Of a stretch of 32,000 nt of DNA, positions 18,360-25,678 are shown piece after piece. The position numbers and the translations under genes were made by a program. The notes beneath the pieces were generated by a model, which saw only the letters and a list, made by a program, of their open reading frames with translations, was not told the DNA's origin and did no database searches. The first letter of the stretch is position 1; each line of letters starts with the position of its first letter. The stretch covers positions 5,610,001-5,642,000 of the forward strand of contig NZ_CP074694.1 in assembly GCF_018398935.1 (NCBI RefSeq), read 5' to 3'. The DNA comes from Telmatocola sphagniphila (GTDB taxonomy: Bacteria; Planctomycetota; Planctomycetia; Gemmatales; Gemmataceae).

Positions 18360-19028
18360 ATGCCGACTAGATGCCGAGTGACCTTTCTGGATCGATCTTT
18401 ACCTCTGCCATTTCTCGATCCTGCGAACTGGGTCGAGAATCATGGAGATGCTCTCTATCAGTTTGCGACGGGTGACACTGGCACCCCATCTCAATAAACG
18501 CAAGTCCCTGTACAATCTAGACTTGGGTGGCACTGGCTATCTGACAGTACCATTTCGATATAACTCCCGTTTTCGGATCGAATTTGTTTCTGAGTTGGCG
18601 AAATGTCTCCGAGATTTCTCTTTCTCAGGCACAGGCAGATAGCCAGTGGGACCCAAAACATTACCTGACAATGACTTACGGTGATTCTAAAGGGTTGTCA
18701 GTGCCACCCGCCGGAGTTTTATTCCCAGGTGCTCGAAGGCCTGGAGTGGTGGGTCCGTTCCGATCAGTGGATTTCGGATCGCGGGCAATTCGTCCCGTTC
18801 GCCTGGCGCTGGCTGAGCAAATCCAAGTGGGTCGAACGGCCGGCGTTGCACCGATTGAAACCGAAATCCCAGAGCAAAGATGACCTTCTGGCGAGCTATG
18901 CCGCCGACGTTTACGGAGATCCCGATGAATCAGGCCCGAGCGATCAAAGACGCGAAACCTTTGTCCTTGTTGGAACCGGAGCGAATGCTGGAGATCGCCG
19001 AGAAGCCCTTCCGCCTCCTGCCGCGTGA
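18360..19028 (+). pseudogene. phage-like ORF interrupted by the 250-bp MITE-like element
   Basis: Removing 18465-18719 (element plus one TSD copy) joins ...NWVENHGDALYQF to YSQVLEGLEWWVRSDQWISDRGQFVPFAWRWLSKSKWVE... in one frame. As the sequence stands, the upstream frame stops at TAA 18495-18497 inside the element. The W-rich C-terminal motif resembles small prophage proteins. The start at 18360 is only the first in-frame ATG. Confidence 0.45.
18465..18714 (+). mobile_element. MITE-like non-autonomous element (copy A): imperfect 16-bp TIRs, 5-bp TSD AGTTT
   Basis: The 5' end GCGACGGGTGACACTG matches the reverse complement of the 3' end, CCGGCGGGTGGCACTG, at 13 of 16 positions. AGTTT lies at 18460-18464 and at 18715-18719. 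All minus-strand frames contain stops, and only one plus frame is open. A related copy lies at 25214-25678. Confidence 0.6.
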
Positions 19029-19374
19029 AGTCGCCGGCCCGGCGTTCGAACTGTTTTCGTTATTCGCGGACAAAGAGAAAACCGCCTTGCCCCTGTGTGC
19101 GAGTCTGTCGGTTTGGATCTCCCGCTGGGGGGTCGATGTCGAAGACATGATCAAGATCCTGCACGACGCGACCAAGCCCGGAGTGAGGGCCGATGCGAAG
19201 TTCCCGGGGAGTTTGGTGGACTATCTGGCGACGAAGGTGCAACTGTTGATCGATGAGCGGAAACGCGAAGCGGATCGGAAACGGATGCGTGACAAAGCGG
19301 CCGCGGAGGAAGCGGGCGCCACGGTAAAAATCAACTTGGCCGAGGTGCTCGGCGGGATCGGAAAGAGTGTTTAA
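18925..19374 (+). CDS. hypothetical protein (island cargo, possibly phage-derived)
   Basis: The ORF is tracked from 18880. I prefer ATG 18925 (MNQARAIKD...), which is preceded by GGAG 8 nt upstream. It is a helical protein with a charged C-terminus (ERKREADRKRMRDKAAAEE). No family is recognised. It overlaps the tail of the preceding frame by about 100 nt. Confidence 0.5.
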   Translation: MNQARAIKDAKPLSLLEPERMLEIAEKPFRLLPREVAGPAFELFSLFADKEKTALPLCASLSVWISRWGVDVEDMIKILHDATKPGVRADAKFPGSLVDYLATKVQLLIDERKREADRKRMRDKAAAEEAGATVKINLAEVLGGIGKSV

Positions 19375-19495
19375 CCCCCACTGGAAAAGCGACTATGATT
19401 GAGGCCAACACTGACGAGCGAGCTTTAGGCCTGGATGGATGCTTTGCGCTGATGGGCGAAGTGGAGTGCCCGCACTGCGGCGTCTCGAATCTAGG

Positions 19496-21349
19496 CCTTA
19501 AACCAGCGTAGTTTTTTTGGGAATTGTTTCGATTTATCGAAGAAAGCTCGAAATCCTTTTTGTTTTCTGCGGTTTGTGTAAGTAACCGCTTAACAAATCG
19601 ACAGTCGCAAAAAGGAGTTTCGAGTGAATGTTATTTTCGGACGTTGGTTTCAAAAATGCAAGAGTCGAATCGAACGTCGCCTGGCTAAGCGAGAGGCCGC
19701 GATGACCTTCGCTCCTTCTTTCGACGCCTCCAACATTCATTACGAAGTCTCCGAACGCGTGGGGGCGATCGGTTGCGGAGGCCTCGGGGCCATGCACCTT
19801 CTGGCCCGGCGTATCGGACTGATCGACGACATCGACGAGAAGTTGCATCTGCTCCAATTTCAAAGGCCTTACTCGGAATCGGACCACGTATTGGCCATCG
19901 CTTACAATTCCCTTTGCGGGGGTACCTGCCTGCAAGACATGGAACTGCGTCGCAGCGACGAAAACTTTCTCAACGCCTTGGGCACTCAGCGTTTTCCCGA
20001 CCCGACTACTTCGGGCGACTTTTGTCGACGCTTCGATAGTGGCAGCATCCAGGCTTTGATCGACGCTTTCAACCAGACCCGTTTACGCGTCTGGTCGAAG
20101 CAACCCGATTCCTTTTGGGAATGCGCGAAGATCGACGCCGACGGCAGCTTTACCCAAACGCGTGGCGAGCGTAAAGCGGGGATGGACATCAACTATAACA
20201 GAGACTGGTGTTACCACCCCCTGGCGGTGACCCTGGCCAACACCGGTGAGACGCTGAGCATCGTCAACCGTCCCGGCAATCGCCCTTCGCACGAAGGGGC
20301 CGCGGTCGAACTCGACCGGGCTCTTTTGCTGTGCCTTCAAGCGGGCTTTCGCAGGATCGTCTTTCGCGGCGACACCGATTTCTCGCAGACCACTCGCCTC
20401 GACGGCTGGGATGCCAACGCCAAGGTACGCTTTTATTTCGGCTACGATTCGAAGCAAAACCTCGAAGCAATCGCGGAAAAACTGCCGGAAGCGGCTTGGC
20501 ACAAGCTCGAGCGTCCCGCGCAATACTCGGCGAAAGCGAAGTTGCGACACCGACGGGAAAACACCAAGGAGCGGATCGTCCAAGAGCGGGAATTCGTAAA
20601 TGTGAAGTTGATCTCCGAAGCGGTGGCCGAGTTCGAGTACCAACCGACCGCTTGCCGAAGGGCGTATCGCCTGGTGGTGATTCGCAAGAATCTTTCCGTG
20701 GAAAAAGGCGAATCCGTTCTGTATCCGGACGAACGCTATTTCTTCTACATCACCAACGACCGGGAGTGCACGGCCGCCGAAGTCGTCTACGAAGCCAACG
20801 ATCGCTGCAATCAGGAAAATCTGATAGCGCAGCTCAAGGGCGGTTGCCGGGCCTTGCACGCGCCGCTGCACGATCTGGAAAGCAATTGGGCGTACATGGT
20901 GATGGCCTCCCTGGCCTGGAACTTGAAAGCCTGGTGGGCCTTGACGTTGCCGGAAACTCCTGGTCGCTGGCGGGAAAAGCATCGGGACCAGAAGCAGTCG
21001 GTTTTGAAAATGGAATTCAAAACCTTCCTCAATGCTTTCATGCTTCTGCCTTGTCAGATCGTCCGGAAGGCCGGCCGCATCGTCTATCGATTGCTCGGCT
21101 GGAACCCGCACTTGCCAATCTTCTTCCGACTACTGAAAGCACTGAGGTGCTGATCGTTCGACCGACTGAAGTCGGGATCCGGATGTCCCGATCCGATAAA
21201 ACGCCGAGAGCTATTCGCGGAAAGGAAGAATGTTTGAAAAATAGAAGTATGCGTTCGGCCGAGCGAAAAGCTCCGGCGCGGAGGACTCATCGAACTATCT
21301 CGCTAAAACTCCCCACGGAATTGGCATCAAAAACTTCGCTTGTTTAAGG
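19496..21349 (+). mobile_element. IS1380-family insertion sequence (1854 bp), apparently intact
   Basis: The terminal IRs are CCTTAAACCAGCGTAGTTTTT and the reverse complement of the right end, CCTTAAACAAGCGAAGTTTTT (19 of 21 positions match, with the CC termini typical of the family). The flanking direct repeat TCTAGG lies at 19490-19495 and 21350-21355. There is a single DDE transposase ORF. Confidence 0.85.
19624..21153 (+). CDS. IS1380-family DDE transposase
   Basis: 509 aa. FPDPTTSGDFCRRF, IDADGSFTQTRGERKAGMDINYNRDWCYHPL, NRPGNRPSHEGA and FRGDTDFS resemble IS1380-type transposases. GTG start at 19624; an in-frame ATG at 19702 is an alternative. Confidence 0.85.
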   Translation: MNVIFGRWFQKCKSRIERRLAKREAAMTFAPSFDASNIHYEVSERVGAIGCGGLGAMHLLARRIGLIDDIDEKLHLLQFQRPYSESDHVLAIAYNSLCGGTCLQDMELRRSDENFLNALGTQRFPDPTTSGDFCRRFDSGSIQALIDAFNQTRLRVWSKQPDSFWECAKIDADGSFTQTRGERKAGMDINYNRDWCYHPLAVTLANTGETLSIVNRPGNRPSHEGAAVELDRALLLCLQAGFRRIVFRGDTDFSQTTRLDGWDANAKVRFYFGYDSKQNLEAIAEKLPEAAWHKLERPAQYSAKAKLRHRRENTKERIVQEREFVNVKLISEAVAEFEYQPTACRRAYRLVVIRKNLSVEKGESVLYPDERYFFYITNDRECTAAEVVYEANDRCNQENLIAQLKGGCRALHAPLHDLESNWAYMVMASLAWNLKAWWALTLPETPGRWREKHRDQKQSVLKMEFKTFLNAFMLLPCQIVRKAGRIVYRLLGWNPHLPIFFRLLKALRC

Positions 21350-21478
21350 TCTAGGCGATCACTGGGACCTTGACAAAATCATCGACCTGAAAATGACCTG
21401 CCCAGAATGCAATTCGCAGATTAACCTTGATGCGTTCTGTTGAAAGTTCCCTAAAGTTCATGGCTATAGAACATCAAA

Positions 21479-21518
21479 GGCGAGTACTTCTTTCTAATAC
21501 TAAAAAGTTGTACTCGCC
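21479..21518. terminator. hairpin between convergent genes (candidate bidirectional terminator)
   Basis: GGCGAGTAC-N22-GTACTCGCC is a 9-bp perfect stem. It lies between the zinc-ribbon stop (21443) and the stop of the minus-strand gene (21550). The loop is large, so the call is uncertain. Confidence 0.35.
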
Positions 21519-21549
21519 CAGGATTTAAATCGCTTTCAGAAAGACTACC

Positions 21550-22104
21550 TTATGGAGTTCCTTTTTCTTTAAGATGCTTCTCGATAGTGTGTTTCATATC
21601 AGGTTCCTTCACATTCGATGTGAAATCAATTCCTGATTGCCCCTCTTTGGCAAAAAGTCTGTAGTTCAGCTTGTGACTGTTGGCATTTGCTGATTGGACT
21701 AGAACTTCTTTCTGAAGTGCTCCCAGGTAGAGATTGTTTCCACTCTTGTCACCATCTACAAACCACACTAAATCACCGCTTCCCCAGTGTCCGAAGATTG
21801 CGGATCCATTTTGCAAATCGTCTAAAACTGCAACATAGCCCTGAACGATCGAAGGATTGCTCTGCTTATCTGCTGCAACTAGAACTTTGACTTTGCCGTC
21901 AGCATCCACAACTCGAAGCTGTCGAGCAGTAACGATGTCGAAATCAGCATTTTTGCGATCTGCTATGGTCCTGGCACCCAAAGTGCCAACGCCAAAAAGT
22001 GCGATGAGAGCCGCGAGTAGAATCCGACTGTTTCGCTTCATCGTTTTTTTAAGCGACGCATTCTCTCGTTCCAGATCATGTAGGCGAGTTTCAACAGTGC
22101 TCAT
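21550..22104 (-). CDS. hypothetical membrane-anchored protein (N-terminal coiled coil + TM, beta-rich ectodomain)
   Basis: 184 aa in AT-rich DNA. MSTVETRLHDLERENASLKK is followed by the TM segment ILLAALIALFGVGTLGA, then the repeat-like RQLRVVDADGKVKVLVAAD... No family is recognised. Confidence 0.55.
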   Translation of the reverse strand: MSTVETRLHDLERENASLKKTMKRNSRILLAALIALFGVGTLGARTIADRKNADFDIVTARQLRVVDADGKVKVLVAADKQSNPSIVQGYVAVLDDLQNGSAIFGHWGSGDLVWFVDGDKSGNNLYLGALQKEVLVQSANANSHKLNYRLFAKEGQSGIDFTSNVKEPDMKHTIEKHLKEKGTP

Positions 22105-22560
22105 TTTGACTCCATTCTGATTAGGACGTACGAGTTAAACTGGAATCTTGGATTTGCGGTTTCCGGTTAACCAAAACCCTCAAGCTCCAGCTGGTAAGAA
22201 CGATAGGCTGGGCAATTTGGGAACTCAATAGGTTCAGGGAATTAAGTAGACATCTTCACAATTGGATTTCATTCAATTTGCTAAAAACATCAAGTTAATA
22301 AACATTGAAATTAAGCGAGAAAAATAAGCAGTTTTCTTCTACGCTTCGACCAATTTCTAATAATTCTCTACTGGGTTAGCCGCTTCACAAATCATTATCA
22401 CTCGACATGAATTTATCTTACGAGAGAGTATTTTGTGGGCGCAAATACCCTCGCAATAAATTTATAAGCGTTTTCCATATTTAGAAATTGGAGTTGAGAA
22501 TCATTTCGAATCTGACCGGCGAACTTGTTTTGGTAATCACGATTAACACATTCGCAAGGG

Positions 22561-24085
22561 GTAATCTTTCACTCTCCTGAACTGAGCTTCACGGGTAGAT
22601 CAGGTAGTTTCCCTGTAAGCGTGTAGGTGCGGAGGGCCGATTCGGTCTCCTTTAAAGGATCCAGGTCCCGTAGCTTCAGGGTGCGATAAATACTCATCAG
22701 AATGCTTCGCGTCCGAGCCCCCTGCTGGCTGTGACTGCCGAAACTGACTTTCCGCATCATCACGCCCGGTCGGATTTCTCGCTCCCCCTTATTGTTGCTC
22801 TTGGGCACTCCCTCTATTTCCAGAAACGTTAATAGATCGTCGCCGTAATCGAACAAACGCTTGGCCAATCTCCGGGCGTGGCGGTTCGTCCACGGTCGCA
22901 CCGCCAAATCGGTGATCCGCGTCTTAAGCCGCAGCAATCGGCTGTCGTAGCTCTCCTGTTGCAACTCTTCGATACCCGCCTCCAAACGCACGGCATCGGC
23001 GTAAATCCGCCACAGTTTCTTGCAGAATTCTGGCCAATCCTCGCCGTTTTCAGAGCCTTCATCGACCGCCGTCAAATCCCGCAACAAGTGAGGCCAACAC
23101 TTCTGACGCTTCTGGGTCACGATGTCGTACGCTTTCCAGAAGTCGCTGACCAGAACGCCCTGGAAGGCTTCCGTGAAGAAGACCTTCAAGGCCTCGTGAC
23201 CCCGCTTGGGGTGAATCCGATAATAGGTCGCATCGTCCCGCGCAAAACACCACAGCCAGGACGTCACTCCTTCGGTTCGCCAGCCGGTCTCATCAGCGTG
23301 CAGGACGCCGGCCAAAAGACATTCGCGGTGAATCTGCTCGTACCAGGGTTCGAGTACCTCGGCCAGACGGTGCCAGATTTCGGTCAAGCCGCCCACGCTG
23401 AGTTTCATCTGAAGGTGGCCGTTGAAGACCTCCAGGATCTGACTCGTCGTGGTACCCAGTCCGTAGTGCAGCCAGGCCGACAGGACCGTAGTTCGATGGC
23501 CCAGCTGACAGCCTGGCAGAGCGTCGGGAACAACCGGTTCGACCTGCTTTTTGCACTTGGGACACCAGTCGCGATGAATCGTGTGTTCGGTCGTCTGAGC
23601 GTGCAGATCGTCGGGAATATCTTCGATGATCCTTAGGCGTTTGCGGTCGGTGCGTTGCAAAGCTCCCTGGCAGCAGGGACAGACCTCCAGTTGGTGGGTC
23701 TGGCGTTTATCGATGCGGGTGGGAATTGGGCGATAATGACCATCGTGTCCAGGCTTGGGGCCGGCTTTTCCCTTCTTTTTCTTGGGATTCGCATTCGGCT
23801 TTAAGTAGGGAGCGATGGATCCCGAGGGAGTGTTTGGCCCCAGAGGTATCGTGCCTGCAGCGACCGCGACGCTCAGCTGAAGTAACAGAAACTGCAATTC
23901 CAGGGGATCACGATGAACGAACTCCCGAGCTTGTTCCGAAGTCAGCTTTCCGCTTCGGAACGACGCCAGGAAAGTGGGATCGAGAACGGGAGTTTCCGTC
24001 AAAGTTGGAATCGCAGAAGCCATGACGGAGTGATAGCAAATCGCAACCCCTCGCGCAAGACCAGTTCAGGGAAGTGAAAGGTTAC
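22561..24085 (-). mobile_element. IS66-family insertion sequence, single-ORF type (1525 bp), intact with a perfect 8-bp TSD
   Basis: The IRs are GTAATCTTTCACTCTCCTGAACTG (22561-22584) and the reverse complement of 24062-24085, GTAACCTTTCACTTCCCTGAACTG (21 of 24 positions match, with the GTAA termini typical of IS66). CGCAAGGG lies at 22553-22560 and at 24086-24093. Confidence 0.9.
22569..24023 (-). CDS. IS66-family transposase (TnpC-type)
   Basis: 484 aa. There is an N-terminal leucine-zipper-like region and the zinc-finger pair CPCCQGAL...CPKCKK. The DDE core carries HADETGW...WLWCF...GVLVSDFWKAYD...Q.CWPHLLRD, which is characteristic of IS66 transposases. No tnpA or tnpB accessory ORFs are present. 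Confidence 0.9.
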   Translation of the reverse strand: MASAIPTLTETPVLDPTFLASFRSGKLTSEQAREFVHRDPLELQFLLLQLSVAVAAGTIPLGPNTPSGSIAPYLKPNANPKKKKGKAGPKPGHDGHYRPIPTRIDKRQTHQLEVCPCCQGALQRTDRKRLRIIEDIPDDLHAQTTEHTIHRDWCPKCKKQVEPVVPDALPGCQLGHRTTVLSAWLHYGLGTTTSQILEVFNGHLQMKLSVGGLTEIWHRLAEVLEPWYEQIHRECLLAGVLHADETGWRTEGVTSWLWCFARDDATYYRIHPKRGHEALKVFFTEAFQGVLVSDFWKAYDIVTQKRQKCWPHLLRDLTAVDEGSENGEDWPEFCKKLWRIYADAVRLEAGIEELQQESYDSRLLRLKTRITDLAVRPWTNRHARRLAKRLFDYGDDLLTFLEIEGVPKSNNKGEREIRPGVMMRKVSFGSHSQQGARTRSILMSIYRTLKLRDLDPLKETESALRTYTLTGKLPDLPVKLSSGE

Positions 24086-24304
24086 CGCAAGGGAATCCTA
24101 AGTTCTCAAAGCCCTCTCCCGCGCCTGCGTGGACTACGGGCGGCAACTGGCGGGACTGCCGAAACTGGAGTGGAAGGGGTGACAGTAGGCGTTCAACCAA
24201 ATACTAATCCCGTCTAACCATTTAATGCTTGCCGCAGCACGAAAAACACTTTAAACTTCACTTATGCGTTTTTCAGCCTGCAACACACCTAACGGACGGG
24301 ACTT

Positions 24305-25060
24305 ATGCTAAACGATTCTTTGCGAAGCTTTACCAAATCAGATCGCAGTCAGGAAAGAGGAAAGAGATGGCATCGCGAAAAGTGTATATATTGCCAAGAG
24401 GAATATTCCTCACGGATCGGCGATCATTTGCCTCCACAAGGTTACTTCCCAAAAAACAGGTACGATGCCACAAATTTTATAACTGTTCCCGCTTGTGAAG
24501 GTTGCAATCGCAGTTTTTCAGATGACGATAACAAATTTATAAGAGATTTGACTCTGAAAGAGCCTGGGCCGATTCGCTTGGAAAACGACGAAGTGATTGA
24601 TCGTGTTGGGAGAGGGATTGATCGAAAGTTTGCATTAGGTGTGAGACATGAAAAACATGTTTCACCCGGGATGATAGTGTTATTCGAGCAAATGACTTAT
24701 AAACCTGATGTGCATGCGCTCGTTAATGTAACTTGTCGAATTGTAAAAGGGCTCTACTATCATCGATTTAAAATCCCAGTACCTTTGAATACTTATGTTC
24801 AAACCTGCCCAGTCGAAATTCTCTGTAGAAGCTATCCCGAACTTTACGAGCGATTTAATATCTATTTTTCTGAAAGAAAGCCTATCTCAAATTGTGACGG
24901 TCGCTTTCAATACAAGATGGGGCAAATTAGTGATGTTCACTATTGGTACCTGGAATTCCATCCCGCAGGAGTGGGTTTCGTAGGGATAGTGAATTTAAGC
25001 GAAAAAAGATCGCACACAACCGAGATCGACTCAACCTTGCCCGCCTGCTCCAATGCCTGA
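24305..25060 (+). CDS. HNH-type endonuclease-like protein (HNH_5-like N-terminus) with an unassigned C-terminal domain
   Basis: 251 aa in AT-rich DNA. CIYCQEEYSSRIGDHLPP...NFITVPACEGCNRSFSDDDNKF follows the CxxC...(D/E)H..P...N...CxxCN spacing of HNH_5-type nucleases. The remaining roughly 170 aa are unrecognised. Confidence 0.55.
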   Translation: MLNDSLRSFTKSDRSQERGKRWHREKCIYCQEEYSSRIGDHLPPQGYFPKNRYDATNFITVPACEGCNRSFSDDDNKFIRDLTLKEPGPIRLENDEVIDRVGRGIDRKFALGVRHEKHVSPGMIVLFEQMTYKPDVHALVNVTCRIVKGLYYHRFKIPVPLNTYVQTCPVEILCRSYPELYERFNIYFSERKPISNCDGRFQYKMGQISDVHYWYLEFHPAGVGFVGIVNLSEKRSHTTEIDSTLPACSNA

Positions 25061-25087
25061 ATGAAGCTAAGCTCCTCCTCCTGGACT

Positions 25088-25106
25088 CTCGCCGACCTTC
25101 GGCGAG
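25088..25106 (+). terminator. short GC hairpin just after the HNH gene
   Basis: CTCGCCGA-cct-TCGGCGAG lies 28 nt after the stop codon and is followed by TTCC. The loop is tight and the U-tract poor. Confidence 0.3.
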
Positions 25107-25213
25107 TTCCGCTCTGGTTGCGGCTCGATCCCGCGATCTGTGACCGCAAGGGTGAATTCACTCTTCACGGGGCGAAGTTCGCTCGCCTCGATCCCGACGC
25201 CTTGGAGCCGATT

Positions 25214-25678
25214 CCGACGGGTGACACTGGCATCCCATCTCAATAAACGCAAGTCCCTGTACAATCTAGACTTGGGCGGCACTGTCTATCTGACAGTGCC
25301 ATTTAGAAATCATCGATTTTCAACAACAAATCACCCTATTTCAACCCAGAAGGAATTCACGCCCCTGAAAGTCGTACCCGCGCCAATCACCAGGAAGACC
25401 ATGAATAACTGGCAAATCTTGATCTCCCTCTTCCAGAGTCTGCGTGGTGGCACTGGTAACCTAACTAACTCAACGCAAGTCATTATCCAGTCATGGTTTG
25501 GCTGGCAATGTTTATCTGCCACCCGCCGTTTCGATATAGCTCCCGCTTTCGGATCGAATTTGTTTCGAAGTAGGTGAAATGTCTCCGAGATTTCTCGTTC
25601 TCAGGCACTGGCAGACAGCCAGAGCCACACAAGATTTTACTAGGCAAAGACTTACGGAGATTGTTTCAGTACCATTTC
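25214..25678 (+). repeat. copy B of the MITE-like element: rearranged or nested variant with a duplicated 'head'
   Basis: 25215-25304 matches 18466-18555 at 86 of 90 positions. 25532-~25665 aligns with 18556-~18690. The extra 227 nt (25305-25531) contain a diverged second head (25444-25531) ending in a 3'-TIR-like CTGCCACCCGCCG. The 3' boundary is uncertain. Confidence 0.5.

Larger units (their letters stand above)
19395..21443 (+). pseudogene. small double-CxxC zinc-ribbon ORF split by the IS1380-family insertion
   Basis: Joining 19395-19495 to 21356-21443 gives MIEANTDERALGLDGCFALMGEVECPHCGVSNLGDHWDLDKIIDLKMTCPECNSQINLDAFC*. This is 62 aa with CPHC and CPEC knuckles. The frame is continuous only after removing the IS and one repeat copy. 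Confidence 0.55.

Noticed and set aside
18526-18545. Sigma-54 promoter look-alike TGGCAC inside the repeat motif (also at 25448 and 25605).
   Set aside because: The required -12 element (TTGC about 4-5 nt downstream of TGGCAC) is absent in every copy. The hexamer is simply part of the recurring GGTGGCACTGG motif.
18442-18642. ORFs that seem 'conserved' between the two repeat copies (18442-18642 versus 25140-25577 and 25574-25786; shared peptides RRVTLA.HLNKRKSLYNLDLGGT and KCLRDFSFSGTGR).
   Set aside because: The similarity is at the nucleotide level within a TIR-bounded repeat. The substitutions are split evenly between synonymous and non-synonymous. The frames are not preserved across the 227-nt insertion, and the ORFs have no start or RBS context. 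I therefore treat them as non-coding.
18465-18714. Retron msr/msd-like ncRNA (12-13-bp inverted repeats closing a ~240-nt structured region).
   Set aside because: No reverse transcriptase ORF is present anywhere in the window. The 5-bp flanking duplication and the ORF restoration are explained better by transposition.
25145-25172. A third copy of the IS66 target octamer CGCAAGGG, followed by TGAATTCACTCTTCACGGGG. This loosely resembles the IS66 left end (GTAATCTTTCACTCT...CTTCACGGG) and could be an orphan IR.
   Set aside because: The similarity needs gaps. It aligns about as well to the uninterrupted target site (CGCAAGGGAATCC...) as to the IR. An 8-mer recurrence in 32 kb is not improbable. 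It may reflect target preference or chance, and it is worth rechecking only if other IS66 copies show the same context.
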